Below are positions 33,173 through 46,990 of a stretch of DNA of 64,000 nucleotides, piece by piece (position 1 is the stretch's first letter; each line of letters starts with the position of its first letter). The notes beneath the pieces were generated by a model, which saw nothing but the letters and a program-made list of their open reading frames with translations, was not told the origin of the DNA and did no database searches. Both the position numbers and the translations under genes were made by a program. The stretch comes from Catajapyx aquilonaris (taxonomy: Eukaryota): contig KZ538551.1 of the NCBI GenBank assembly GCA_000934665.2, forward strand, positions 62,001 to 126,000, in the 5' to 3' direction.

Positions 33173-34835
33173 CAAAAGAGTGTTTGATTCTTTCCCACCA
33201 TCAGGAGCTTACAAAATGATTCAGGAGTCTTTCAATAAGAAAATGTAAATGTGGAGACTGATCCGGATTAAATTTTTTTTATTCCTTTCCTTCTCCGGGC
33301 ATAGCTTGGTTTGAAAGCAGGGGGGGAAATGTCAAACTTCTCGGCAGACAAATTCTTTCTCGGCGCCCCCCCCCCCCCCCCAAAAGGCGCCACTTAATCA
33401 GCAAATCAATTAAAGACCGGCGCACGGGGTGATTGGATGGATGATCGAGGAGAAGGATGGAAGAAGAAAAGGCCAACTCTAATTGAGCAGTTCCCTTTTT
33501 TCTTTTCTTTTCAAAGTCTGAAAGGGGGGGGGGGGGGGTACAGTCGCGAAAAGGAGTGAGGTAGCAGACCTGAAGTTCAAATTAGCCTCAAAGTCAGCCG
33601 ATCCTCTCTTTACCTCACTCTTGGAGGCTAATTTCAGGTCTGCTATTTCACTCATTGTGGGCTGAAAAGAGTAAGGTAGCAGACCTAGTGATTTTCCTCT
33701 GGTATGCCACCTTCTCAATCCTTACACAAGGGGCCCTTTTTCTTGGAGGCTAAATTTTGAGCTTGAGGTCTATGCTACCTTACTCATTTCCTCGACTGTA
33801 TACAGTGCGAATCCAGGACATTTGTCCCGACTGTTCCGGGTTGAGAGACATTTCCTTGCTGGGTCTTGCAAGTGGTTGGGGCTTAGGTCCAAGGAATCCT
33901 TCTGGGAGATTAGGGGTGGGGTGGGTGGGCTCCTTTTCTCTCCCTGGGAAGAAACGATAAAAGCAGCTGCCGTGAGCCAAGTGCTTCCGATACGCCTCCG
34001 GGTACTCTTTTCGGCCAAAGCCAATCTTCCGATGGAGGGAGGGAGGCAGAACCCCGGATTTTGCAGGCCCTCCCCCATTCGCAGCACCATCCCTCACGGC
34101 CTTATCATGCCCTGTAATCACCCAGCACAATGCCCCCCACACCCCCATCCCCTCCCATCCCCCCAACACCTTACCTAGAAACTTTTAACGGCACAAAACT
34201 AGTTGGCGCGAAGGCTATGCTAACAACTTTCAACCCGGTGTGGATCTAGGGGGAAAGCTTTTCGCGGATCAAAATTTTTGCATAGTTGCGCAGATGCCCA
34301 GCACGCATCACGATGTCTAAGAGGAAATTTGCGAATGTAGATTCTGTTTTAAGAAAAGAAAATTGCGAATTAGCAGCTAACTTATTCCTTTCTTATAGAC
34401 ACAGCAGGTGGCCTATACTAACTTGTTCAAACAAACGAAACGAAACTAACTAGCACACACACGACGTTCTTTTATGAATATTTTATTGTGTAAAATATTA
34501 CACGAGGGAATTAAATATATAAAATACAATACAAACGTATGTAAATGTAATTATTAATGTATTTTTATCACGCATTATCCTCGAATTTTCTGCATTTATA
34601 TTTTATTGCGTATAATTATTTATTTATTTTCATTGCATGTTATTTGTAATTTGTCTTCAATGCGTATTAGTATTATTTTATTCACTTTGTTATATTACGT
34701 ACTTATTCATTTTATTATATTGTATACTATTTACAGTACGGTACTTCCTTTGTTATACCGTATATTACCGTACTTTTTCCATTTCATTTTCCCATTTATT
34801 ATTTATTCTTATTACATTGAATATTATTGTGAGTA

Positions 34836-35050
34836 ATCTTATACTGGGTACAAGGGAAAGTTTGTTTGTTTGTTTGTTTGTTTGTTTGTTTGTTTGTTTG
34901 TTTGTTTGTTTGTTTGTTTGTTTGTTTGTTTGTTTGTTTGTTCGTTTGTTCGTTTGTTTGTTCGTTTGTTTGTTTGTTTGTTCGTTCGTTCGTTCGTTCG
35001 TTCGTTCGTCCATTACAAAGGGGTTTCGGTCTTGCGAAGAACGAGCTCTA
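34836..35050 (+). mobile_element. Helitron-like element with expanded (GTTT)n(GTTC)n microsatellite
   Basis: ATCTTATAC...AAGGGAAAG(TTTG)n...GCGAAGAACGAGCTC, sharing head and tail with the copies at 23169. Confidence 0.6.
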
Positions 35051-38000
35051 CTCCTTATATAATACACCATACGTAGTATTATAATATATTATATTGTAGT
35101 GTTATTCCTTCGAAACAGGATGAAATCCGAAGGCTCCACAAGTTAATTGCATCCGTGCTTAGACTTGACCAAGTTGACTATTTGAGGGCCTAGTATGGAC
35201 AGTGAAGGTAACATGATGGAACACTTGAAATACCTCATCTTCGTAAGTAACCTCCGCACATTCACGCAAAATTCCCCTGCAGTTTATATCACTCTCTGTC
35301 TGTGTCCTAGTCCCAACTGAGTCCAACCTAGTTGATGGGCAAGTGTCCCTGTCCCATTCCGGCCAGGATTTGAGTGTCCAACCAGTACTACTACTCTTTT
35401 TGTGTGTGTGTTCCTGGAGGGTTGTCCTCCATCGTTTTGTAGAGCATTGCGCAGGTGTCCAACTGCCTCTCTTTCCCTAGGACTGGAAGCCAGAGGCCAG
35501 CAGAGAAAGAGCGTCGTTGAAAGCCAAGTGCACGGAGAGGGAGAGGAGGGTGGTCCATCAATAAAAGAAGAGACAGGGAACGTGAGGGCACAGTTGGGAA
35601 TAATTTCGGAGGCGATTCCACGTGATGGGAGAGATGTGGCCGAGGCAAAACCCCCTGCGAGTCCGGAGCAGTTTGCCACGATGCAACGAACGTCGACTGA
35701 CAGGGGGAGGAAATCTGCACCGATAGCAGCAGGGTCCTCACTGCCTGATATCGATGCCTCTACAGGGTGTCTAGTCAGCTGTTCGTCCAAACTCTTATAG
35801 AGCGAGCCCAAATCTTCATTTTCACGTACAGTGAGTGGTGCTGGAAATAATGGATTTCCACAAGTATATCGCCGGCTTTTTTAAAAAAAATATACATGAA
35901 GCACCTCCGTATTAGCACCTTCTCTTGGATCAAATGAAGTTAATTTCCACCACTGTACATGCGTCATTTGGTCTTCGCAGACTCGTTACATAGACAATTT
36001 GGATCAAACATTATGAATTAGCAAGGTTGTACCCAGTATATCGGACTATAAGGTTGGATCTTTATGAAACACCCTGTACGCTGTGTATAGGGGGGAGATG
36101 GGAGACTGTTCAGGATATGAGTATTCCGCCTTGGCTCGTCACACGGTATGACATGTCACTAACCATCAACTATGCATGAGAACCGTAGATTTGGTTCACA
36201 CCGGTTATTGCCAGGATCCCCCCCTCCCCCCCGCGGGTACTGCAACGGACCCCAAAAATTTACTGCATATTTCCCCATCATATATGAATTGGATCTGTGG
36301 TTCTGTTTGTCCGGAGTGTGCGCCATCTACGTGAGATGTATGGTACTGCGTTCACAGTATTGCCAAGTTTTGGCTCGAGTCGACATCTGCCAAGAATGCT
36401 TTAAAAGCAAGCCGCAATTCCAGGCATCGAGCGAGAGTTGCATGGCTCGCATTGTTGAGCAACCCGCATTCTTCCCGCGGGGAAAAAGGTGTAGGCGTCT
36501 TATCTATTTTACTTTCTTTTCCCCTCTCCTTTCCTCTTCTTCTCTCTCTCGCGAGTCGCAAACAGCCAGTCGCGCCATCCATATGCAAAAGACCCCCCGA
36601 GAATGAATCCTGTAACCATCAATAACCTCAGGAGCGATTCCCGTCAAGAGTTGGGGTCTAGCTTGCACCCACCCACCCACCACCCCAAGAAGAGAAGGAA
36701 AAAAAAAAAAAGATGGAGCCTAGAAGGCGCCTTCTACTATTTCCCGCCCACGTTTAGGATCGAGCCAACTTGGCATCGGCGCCTTGCAAATGGGGGCGTC
36801 CCTGGGCGTCTAGGCCAGAAGGAGGCTCCGGGCTGCTGGAAAAAGAAGACCATAAATCAACTAAGGGGGATGTGCTTCAGGCCCATGACGATCTTACCCT
36901 CTTTTGCGCATCATTGTTCCTAGACCCAACCACCAAAAAAAAAGGAGTAGAGACCGGACCCTCTGGTCTAATGAGCCGCTGTCAGACGGCTAGACTCACC
37001 AACCCATTTGACAAGCACGGGGATCAAAATCGGCGGATACCCATACAGTACAGTGCTGGACATTCGTCGTACTGGTGGCTCCACGAGCCGAGGGTAGCAA
37101 AAGAGCGAATCGAAAGTTGCCCTCCGGATGACCACCTTCTCTTTCCATTCGGTACGTCGCGTCGTAAGAAATTCAGCCGAGTCCAACTGATGAAAGGCTG
37201 GCTCAATCAAATGGGGGTAAGTTGAACCCCTCTCAAAAATATATTGTTGGGCCACCTGACCAATTGGCATCGAACCGCAATGGCTGACCCCCATATTTGC
37301 AGGCTTCAAAGTTCAAACGACTAAAGTTAGCAGCTAAAAGTAACTGATTAAAAAGCAGCTTAGTGCCGGGTGACTGAAACATGGGGTGCAATTAAATATT
37401 TCATGGGATCAACATGCTCCACCAAAAAGGGGTTTACGTATGTGAAGTGCGTCCCCCCCCCCCCCNATCAGTGGAAAAGGGGGGTAGCTTTGAACAGCGT
37501 TTAATTTCAATGTTCAAACATGGAGACTAACAATATTTTAGTTTCCCGAACCGTGTGTGGGTGTGAGTGTGGCCATGTTTATGCATCCAGAGACAGCAAC
37601 CTTTCAACCCGGAGCTGTTAAGCCCTCGTTTTGATATGCGCAGGGGACGGTAGCCTATGATCTGTAATCTGCCCCCTGCTGCCGTCACAGATGCGGTTTG
37701 TGACGTGAAAACGACTCTATTACGATATTTGACTCGTAACAAATGGCAATCAAACCCCACCACCAAACCCCCCTTTTTTTTAACACGCCCACTCCAACCC
37801 CTCCCACCCTGGGCTGTAATGCGACGTGACTTGAATCGGAGCCATGATTGCATTGAAAAGACCGCCTGATGTGTATGCCTCACCTTCCGACAAGTGTTGC
37901 ATACCACCTAGGATGAATGGTGATTACTCGCAGAAAATTCGATCCACTTTTAATCAGACTAATATTGTACCGGACAGACGCTGGGTACAGGTCGGTGCAC

Positions 38001-38169
38001 TTTCTAGTCGGCAATGTCTGTCTGTTTGTCCAGGGTGCTGTGTACACGTAGCGGTGGCATTACCCCTCATATATACAGATGGGGCATCCTTCTCACCACA
38101 CTCCTGCCAAAAACAAGCAAGAAAGCAAACTAACAAAAACGAACAACCTTTGCCTTATATTATATTATA

Positions 38170-38336
38170 TATTATATTACGGGATATAACAGACTTGAAG
38201 GGACCACCGAAATCATTCCGTTATAACCAAAGTCTGTTATAGCCGCGAATACACAACTCATCATAATTATGGAAGTTTGCAGGGACCGTCCTTTCGTGTC
38301 CGTTATACCCGAGGCCGTTATATCCGGATTCAACTG
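38170..38336. mobile_element. Tigger/pogo-like MITE remnant
   Basis: Repeated GGGACC...CCGTTATA subterminal motifs ending in GATTCAACTG|TA. Confidence 0.55.
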
Positions 38337-38441
38337 TATATAAAACCAAAGTTTGTTTGTTTATCTCTCACGTAATATCTACTTATATCTCTACAATATA
38401 GATTATAGAGACACAAACAAACTTCGCCTTTTATATAATAG

Positions 38442-38541
38442 AGATATTTGGTGGAATTTTGGTCCCATTGCTAACTTAGCAGTACCAGTGTTCGCGATGG
38501 CACTGATAAGTTCAGTGGGACCAAAATTCCACCCGATATCT
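38442..38541. repeat. ~100-nt imperfect fold-back element
   Basis: AGATATTTGGTGGAATTTTGGTCCCATTG pairs with CAGTGGGACCAAAATTCCACCCGATATCT, plus inner AACTTA/TAAGTT pairing. Confidence 0.75.
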
Positions 38542-39325
38542 TTAAAACTGAAACTGAGCAGCTGTGAATCACTGCTTATGGATCGTGGAAATATGTGCTA
38601 TTTTTAGTCTCAGTTACAAAATAGCTAAAAAAAATAAATGGTAAATAGCGGTTACAAAGTTATAGCTGATGTACAATTTATTTATGGCGTAACTTGGCTG
38701 TGGAGCGAAGGTAAAGTGATTTTTATTTTCTGCCAACTACACAGTGGCGTGTACGTATATTCACCGGTGGCGCAAACGGGAAGCAAGAAATCTATCTCCG
38801 GAACTTAAACAATTTATAAGTAGTGAGCTTTACAAATTCAGAGCTTAATTCTGTTCGCCTTACACTCTTTTGACTCTATATACGCAGGGCGGTTCTTGTA
38901 AGTCTCGGTTATAAATTATTTTGAAAGTGGGAGGGGGAAGGGGGACGAAGGGGGACGAGGGGGAGGGGAGGGGAGGGGAGGGGGGCGTGTTTGAATCTTC
39001 GCTCGGTTAAGTCCTGACTCTGACTCTCTCACTGGCGGAGCTATTCGGTATGCAAATTTAAACAGCAAAGAATCAGTAGCATTAATCTGCCAGCAACACC
39101 CACTAATTAAGGTACGGCTGAACCGCAGGCGGTTTGTGAAAATATTCGCCAGAATAAAGTACGTCTTTACCTTCCGCCCACTGGGAAGTAAAACCCGATT
39201 GCACCAACTACAGTCCAAGGTATAATTTCGTTAAAAGTAAACGTATTAGGCCGCAACCGAGTGCGCACCACAGTTCGCGCAGCTTGCACGGTTGGCATTA
39301 TCAATGATGGCTGGAAATCTCGCTC

Positions 39326-39384
<59 letters not shown>

Positions 39385-40320
39385 NNNNNNNNNNNNNNNN
39401 NNNNNNNNNNNNNNNNNNNNNNNNNNNNNNNNNNNNNNNNNNNNNNNNNNNNNNNNNNNNNNNNNNNNNNNNNNNNNNNNNNNNNGGGAAGTGGCCTTTC
39501 TCATTTCCGGAGCGCAACTAGAGTGAAATGCATGCGACGCGAAGCAAAGAGGGCAATGAGGTTTTATTATTATCTGTTCACCTTTTTGGAGCCCTGTTTG
39601 CGCATACCTCTCATACATCGCCCTCCACATAGTCTCACGACCAGAAAATTACTTCATTACGACGACGACTGGAGAGTGTCCTGCTTGGCAACCAAAACCG
39701 GCCTCCCCAAGGCAACGCTTAGGTTACGAAGCTACAAAAAGGGGGACAATTTACTTTGCTTCTTTCCCGCTGATTACCATGCTTGTCCTCGAGGGTTTTT
39801 TTTTTTTTGCATCACGTCGTCCGGACATCGCAGCCTACGCCCCGGTTTTAACTCGGTGTGTGACAAGCTGGATTTTACGTCCCTATGCTGTCAGGCGCTG
39901 TTAATTACGACTGTGAAGTACATCAGACTTGGATTAATTATGTCACGGACATATGCTACAGACGAATTTGCTACAGTTCGCGCAGCTTGCACGGTTGGAA
40001 TTAATCATGATACCTAGTTGGTGTACTAATAAATAGGCACTGCCATTATTTCCAACGCTACGTTTGTGGGAGCAAAATGGCCAACGCTTGCGACGTTGCC
40101 ACGGCTGCGCGACTTTTAAAATGTCGCATTATCCCACAGATAAGAAAATAAATGGCATTAATTTTGTTCGTTTATGACCCGTTCTAATGATAATCACCCG
40201 CCATATTTTGCCCTATCATGCCGGATCATGCACTTATTTCCAACGCTACCTTGGATGGGCAGAACATGGCCGACGTGACCAAGGCTGCGCGAATATTGGT
40301 CGTAAACCATATTGGCTAAT

Positions 40321-40615
40321 CACGCGAGCGTGATTCGAGTAGACTGTTACTCATTGGGCAGATGGAAATGACAACTTCGCTGAATGCGATGCAGATTCTA
40401 ATCGGACAACAATGGCATAGAATGTTGTCAGTCTCATTTCTCGTTGCCAAATCGCTAACTGGACAATCATTTTGATGCAGACTCGACCTTGGAGGGTACA
40501 GTGAACAAGGAAAACCGGAAGTGGCCGGTCACCGTTTGTCGCTATCTCTTATGGCTTGTGCCCTGATACATGTCCACAGACAGACGGACAGGGGCGTTCT
40601 ATAAGTTTTTTTTGT
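40321..40615 (+). mobile_element. Helentron/DINE-like dispersed repeat (second copy at about 60143-60475)
   Basis: Shared GAGCGTGATTCGAGTAGACT..TACTCATTGG, AAAACCGGAAGTGGCCGGTCACCG and GATACATGTCCACA-(GACA/GACG)n-CGTTCTATAAG. Confidence 0.65.
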
Positions 40616-41743
40616 ACGGGATATAGAGAAAAAATGATACAAATAAAGCACCATCATCCAGCTAAGAATAAAGTGCGTCCCGAATTTAGTTTGTTTGTCC
40701 GTTCTATTGATAGCCATGGCTATATTTTTGTCATATAATAATTTTTTTTCTTCCGGATCATGCTCTTGAGGAATCTCTCTCCGCAACTTGATAAGACGCG
40801 ATCTAAAAATATCCTCGTCGAGGGTATAATCGAATGAAGGAGCTGAGTTTAATTTCCGAGCTGAAGGACGTGCCCGAGTTACACCTGACTGCATGATCAG
40901 ATGCAAATTCGAAGTGATAAGGTAATCCCTCCTGGGGAAATAAAGTGTGTATGTTGTAATCTCAACGGTCCCATTTATCGCTTCATTCCCTGACAAACTC
41001 CCTTATCTGCTTCTCGCTCTATCGAATCCATTAACTTCCAGCCCAAGGATTCTATGATGAAGAAAGAAGAAGAAAAAAAAAAAGGATCTATCCCGATGAA
41101 GCCGAGAAGCTGCCAAACCCAAGCTCTTTGCCACGCTCAGGACTTAGTTTCTCGTAAGGCCCAGGCTTTTCCAGCGCAATTAGTAAACTTGCACCTCTCT
41201 TCGACGGAGTAGCAAGTTTTGGTTTGAGCCCAGGAAGAGCGATTCGAGTCCTGGGAAAATCCTGAGGAGGAAGGAAGTTGTTTAGGGTGGTGAGGTGTAC
41301 AAAACTTGTAACGCTTCAATCTCCGCCACTGTTCTTCTTCGTCTCAAAACCGCACCCCCCTTTCCTTTTATTAATGTACTGGAATTGATTGCACCCACTC
41401 TGCTCTCTCTCGGGCTTGAATATTAAACCAGGGAGCAAAATGGTTTGGGCTATATCCTCCCCCTCCCATCCGTCATTTTATTACCGGCTGACGTCTTATT
41501 TTGTCGCGAGCCGGTGTTTGGAGGTTTCCGGTTCGTGGTAAATGGAATTCACAGTACCTTTCAACCTTTTCGTCCCGGATGATGATGCGGAGTCCAAAAT
41601 TCCTGCGAAGAAAGGAAAGGCTTGTCAGTATTAATATTTGCAACACTGCCTGCCCGTCACAGTGGACGTAGTGCCATGCGTATCACATAGATGACGCAGT
41701 ACTGACCGCAAACAGAGTCACAGACGTCAGATGAATTCTCTTA

Positions 41744-41987
41744 CGAGCGCAACCGAGTGCGCACCACAGATCACGCAGCTTGCAGGGTTGGCATTATCAA
41801 TGATCTGTATAGTGGGTGTACTGGTAAATAACTGCTGCACTTATTTCCAACGCTACGATTGGGGCTAAATGGCTGACGTTTGCGACGTTCCCAATGCTCT
41901 ACGGGTGTGAATTAGGAGTAACTTTGGTAACATTGTTGTCAGAACAATGGAGCTGAGCGAGTGAGGGTGCGCACTCGGTTGGGCTCG
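41744..41987. mobile_element. MITE family with CGAGCGCAACCGAGTGCGCAC TIRs
   Basis: TA|CGAGC...GCTCG|TA. Another full copy at 45035-45296, a short copy at 56187-56273, and fragments at 39250-39310 and 39970-40310. Confidence 0.8.
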
Positions 41988-44900
41988 TATACATCTCTAT
42001 ACTTTTTGATGGGTTTGATAGTAAAACCCTGAGAAAGCCGACGCGGAAAATCAGGCTAGCCAATATTCTTATGTGAAAAAGTGGCGTAATTTTTAGCCAA
42101 GTTTGGTGTAAGACTGGAGCATTAGGGGTTCTCCACCCCTAGTAATGAATGAGGAGAGGTCTCAAACAGCAGTGAGGAAATTACCGGGTCTCTCGGATTA
42201 TCAGATGAGCAGTTATGGAGGAAATTGAGTTATAAATCTCCCCCCCCCCCCTCAACTCTAGTAGAAATCTTCCTTGTAAACAGTAGCTCTCTCTCTCTCG
42301 TAAAGCCCCCCCAGATTTATCTTGCTTTCACAATGTTGGATGCGGCCGCAACTAGGCCAAATTGCCAACACCAAATATTGACAGGGCCACCTGATCTATG
42401 ATGCAGATAGCAATCGGCGTGATGGCTCGGCACAGGCGGATATATACGGTGCATATCTTGTTTGTCACCCCCCTTTGCTAGTTGCGCGGAACTAATGGAG
42501 TCACACTCGTGACGGCTGCTGCCCCCCCACTCTCACACATACAGGGTGATACACTCACCCAAATTCACAGAGAGGCGTGGCTAATTTTACACGCAAAATG
42601 TAAGAGGAAACGTAGTACGTCTCTGAATCACGGACAGTCATTTCCACTTGGGTCACTTTTCATCCTTGCATGATGCAACCCAAATGTAAGCATTATTTTA
42701 AACACTTCGTTTAAATTTGGCGTCTCTGAAATGCCTCATTTACACGCTCAGTTTTAATTATGTAAGCAGATGACGTCACTGGATTTAACCCTGCCTAAAG
42801 TCACCGTCTCTGTTGAATTAGCCTACAATAGTTGCTGGTGTGAAGGACAAGTTTCTTCTTTGGACTGTGGACTGGGACAGTTTGCCACCCTGTACACCCC
42901 CCCTCCCAGTCCTCCCCCACCAAAAAACCTTGCATGGATAACTGTATTTTCCGGACCACCCTAACGGCTCGAAATGTAATTACGGTGTTAAACTCACTCT
43001 CGGCAGCACAAACAGTTCAGGTTTTTATTCTTTGTTGTGGAGGGAGGGGGGGGGGGCGCATGGCCTAACAAAAATTACGGGCTGCATCACTCCGGGAGCT
43101 CCCCCATCAGCCACCGGAGGATGCGATTAATAATTCCTATCCCAAAATTGCATTTTTTTTTGCAAAAAAATTTAGGGCTCACTTGTTACAAGGGAAGGGT
43201 AACTCTCTTTGTGTGTGCAGGTGTAGGCGTAATGAATCATGGTAAAATAAAATCACTCTTAATAAACTAAAGGAATACATATAACGAGCTTTGAAGGCGT
43301 GTGGGCACTTGATAGGTACAGCCTAGTTAGCTAGATAATTCACGGGAGCATCTCACGTGTGGCCAATACAGCCTGCGACACTTCCATCGTGGCCTCGGGG
43401 CCCACTCATGAAACACCTGGTGGTATAGTGGCCCCGGTTGGAAATCAAGGAAGCCATAGAGAGGAGTTGTCAGTCGGCATCAGAGAGATTTCCCTTGAAC
43501 AAGACCCATCAAACTCCCAGAGTTTGGGCTTTCCTCGGATTGCCCCGAGGGCGCCAATGCTATTGCGATGTGCCCAGATTGGTGTGCCGTTGGATCAAAT
43601 ATGGATTCCCCTTTTGCTTGGGCCATATAGCAGGCGCCCGGATAAACCCATTGCAGAGTAAATGTTGGGAGTCATAGAAGGGGGGGAAAAAGTCACTTTT
43701 TGTTGCCAATAGTATCCCCAAAGCGGATGCCATTTCACGTAGAAAGCTCTTTTTTTCTCTCTAAATAAAAGGTCGATGGGTGTTGCGTTTTCTATATAGG
43801 GGCGTTGGCCAAAATGTAACCTTCAATTCTCGCACAGGATCTGTGCTATAAGACGGGTCGATCTTTAGGATGAGGGCAATCAATTCGATCCCATGCATAT
43901 AAAAAAAAATAGATGCCTCAGAATCGAATGGAGAAATCAAGTCCCACTCACTTCATGCACCCTGCAATTTAAATGCAAATTCCAAGTATATTCGCAGATA
44001 TATAAAAAAAAGAAGAGTCATCATCGATTATGCTGATTTTATGTACGGAGACTGAAAAGTTATGGAGTTGGCAAAGTGATTCTTTCCGATATTTTTTTCG
44101 GTCGCGATTTCTAGTCTCCAGTGATGTTTAAAGGATGCATGGTAACTGAATTTTGACATACATTCCGGACTTCGCTAGACTGCTCATCCGGGCAAAATTA
44201 CTCTTTATCGCACTTGCACATTACTCTAGAAGACCATATCTACGAGTATTTTACCATTCGCATAGGCCTATACCATTATTGTCACAATTGAAGTGCTAAA
44301 CTTTTAAGCAGGGTCCATAAGTGACCAAACCGATTTTGGCAGATTTTCCTCTATTTTTTTTGAATCGGTTAATTTCCAAAGCGTGTGGGGGGTATGGAGG
44401 TGAAAAGCAAATAGTCTAGGTAGATTTATCATCGCGGTAGAGCAGTTCTGAAAAGAAGAGACTCGACCCTAGGAGTTTCTCTCTCCGGGGCCAGCAGCCA
44501 GCCCAGTTTGAATGTTCACGCCCTTCTTTTGTCTTCTCATCTCGAGGCGTCGAAAAGAGGTCCCCCCCCTTTTGCCAGCCTCCCAAATGATCTATTAGCG
44601 ACAGACCAAAAGGGAGGGAAGGGGAAGGAAAAGTGCGCCGAACCAACCCCTGTGGGAACTTCGACTTCCGACTTCTTACACCCCCACCCGGGATAAATCT
44701 TCTCTCGCTTTTTTTTCTCTCTCTCTCTCTCTTTCTCCTGAAGCAAAAGTCTAGCTGGGTGGGGGGCAATTCTAGGAGCAGACTTTTTTTGCGCACGAAA
44801 ACTCTCTCTCCAAGGCTCCCAGTTGTCATTCCGAGTCATAAAATCACAACCTGAGGTGCCAACTTTTGTAAAATATACTCTGGGAGAAGGCTGCTTTCTG

Positions 44901-45899
44901 CCTCCAGAAAAACTGGCTCTAAAAGGATTGGAAGGTAACCACATATATGCCTGAATTGTTGTTAAATATTTTAAATGAGCAAATAACTAAAAATATAGCG
45001 ACTTTGTACAAGGACGCTACGTATGAATTAGTTACGAGCGCAACCGATTGCGCAGCCACACTTGCGCAGCTTCATTGCTGACAACAACGTTGCCAGAGTT
45101 ATTCTCTATCAGCCAATTCACACCAGTAGCCTCTGAGGTTCGTTTCAGAGCCTTGGCAACGTCGCAAATGTCCGTCCACCCCAATCGTAGCGTTGGAAAT
45201 AAGTGTACAGCCACTGTACGGAGAGCTTACCAACTTTCACTGATAATTCCAACCGTTCACGCTGCGCCAACTATGCGGCGCACTGGGTTGTGCTCGTAAA
45301 AAATCATCTAATAAAATAATCATAATATGGCATGCAAGGTCTAATTAATCCAAAATTTTGCATTAAAAATGTGAATAAATTTAAATCTAGGTTATAACAT
45401 GAACCTTGGAGATAATGCAGCCCTCATCACCTCGCAAAAAAAATATTCGCATAAAACTGACCTTACCCACATCTCCGCAATCCGGTCAAATCCTTCCCCC
45501 ATTTAACTCGACTTTTTTTTTTAAAGGCGAGGCATAAAACCTGGCCCTTTAATTCCGGTAGGGGCCTCCAGACAAGCAGGGGCCAAATCTCCCGTATCAT
45601 TAGCCTCCAACTTGAAAATCCTTCATAAAACATGTCTCTCCGGACCCCCCCCCCTTCCCCTCCCCGGATTTTGCGGAAGCTGAGTCCGGTTTCATTGCTC
45701 TGACGTCATCCCTTAGTAGAAGGAAAATGGACCCTCTCGGACTTTGGTTTCGGGGGCTCACGAAACAACCAACGCGACCTCTGGGAACACACGATGAGGG
45801 TTTCCACAGGCCCCGGGGCTAATCGCAAATTTTCGCCCCCGGGGCCAGTCCCAGGGGCCACTTTGGCGGGGATTTTCGGGACACCCTTGCGACCGCGTG

Positions 45900-46990
45900 C
45901 AAAAGTTAACGCAAAACAGCTTTTGGCCAATTTGTGATTGCGCAGAAAAAATTAGGATGCAGTACAGGCACACTCCCAAGCGAAAATACAGGGTGGTCCA
46001 AGTTCAAGTGTCGTTTTATAACGGCGATTAATAGAAGCGCTTAACGATGACGTAGCAGCGACGTGTAAAATTGCCCACTTCGATTGCGCCGAAGATGCGC
46101 CGAAGTGGGACATTTTACGCGTCGCTGCTACGTCATCGCAAAATCACTGCTATTAATCGCCGTTATAAAACGACACTTGAACTTGGACCACCCTGTATAG
46201 CTGCTATTTTGCTAACCTCTATTTGTGTGGAAATAGTTCGGTTTTCTTCATGTTCGTGTAGGTTTTCTCATGATTTTACAACAAAATACGTGCAGCGTGT
46301 GCTAATATAATTATGCAAAAAAATAATTATGATACACTCCCAAGCGAAAATGGCAACGACGAAAAGAACTACTATTTTGCCAACTGATACATATTTGTGT
46401 GGAAATAGTTTCGGGTTTCTCCATGTCCGTGTAAGTTTTCTTAGGATTTTGCAACAAAATTTTTCTAAAATATGTAGTAGGCTATGTGCAAAAAAAATTA
46501 GGATGCAGTATATGGGCACACTTGCTCTCCAACAAAAATAGCAACATTGCAAATAACTGCTATTTTGCTAACTGCTAGTTTCGGTTTTCTTCATGTTCTC
46601 TTGGGTTCTCTCGGGATTTTACGACAGAAAAAAATCAGATCATAGGCGAGCAAGAAATTTGGATACAGGTATGGCTGTATGGGCACACTCCCAAGCTAAA
46701 ATAGCAACATCGCAAAGATCTGCAATTAATAGCAGTGTAAAATTAGCGTGGAAATTCTGTTTTCTCCGTGTTCGCCTCTGTTTTCTCGAGATTTTGCAAC
46801 AAACGTTTTTCCCAATATGAGTGCGAAAAATTGCGCGAAAAGTTATACAGTACGAGTATGGGCACACTCCCAAACGAAAATGGCAACGTCGCAGATAACT
46901 GCTATTTTCCTAACTAAATAACTGCTATTAATAACATGTAACGTGCTTTTCTCTGTGTTTACGTATAGGTTTTATCGAGATTTTTGCAAC
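45900..46990. repeat. Degenerate ~170-180-bp tandem satellite, about 5 units
   Basis: CACACTCCCAAGCGAAAAT(A/G)GCAAC-like anchor at about 45969, 46334, 46517, 46683 and 46862. Confidence 0.75.
45989..46195. mobile_element. Young Tc1/mariner-type fold-back MITE inserted into the satellite
   Basis: TA|CAGGGTGGTCC...GGACCACCCTG|TA; 46-bp perfect TIRs plus an inner ~38-bp inverted repeat. Confidence 0.9.

Noticed and set aside
34606..35084. ORFs with FVCL/KQTN repeats
   Set aside because: Translations of AT-rich low-complexity DNA and the (GTTT)n microsatellite.
35284..35811. 175-aa minus and 132-aa plus ORFs in a GC-richer block
   Set aside because: No motifs; overlapping ORFs on both strands fit GC-rich promoter/enhancer sequence better.
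39167..40017. ORFs up to 241 aa spanning N runs (also at 26.2-26.8 kb and 57.6-57.9 kb)
   Set aside because: Artefacts of assembly gaps and microsatellites.
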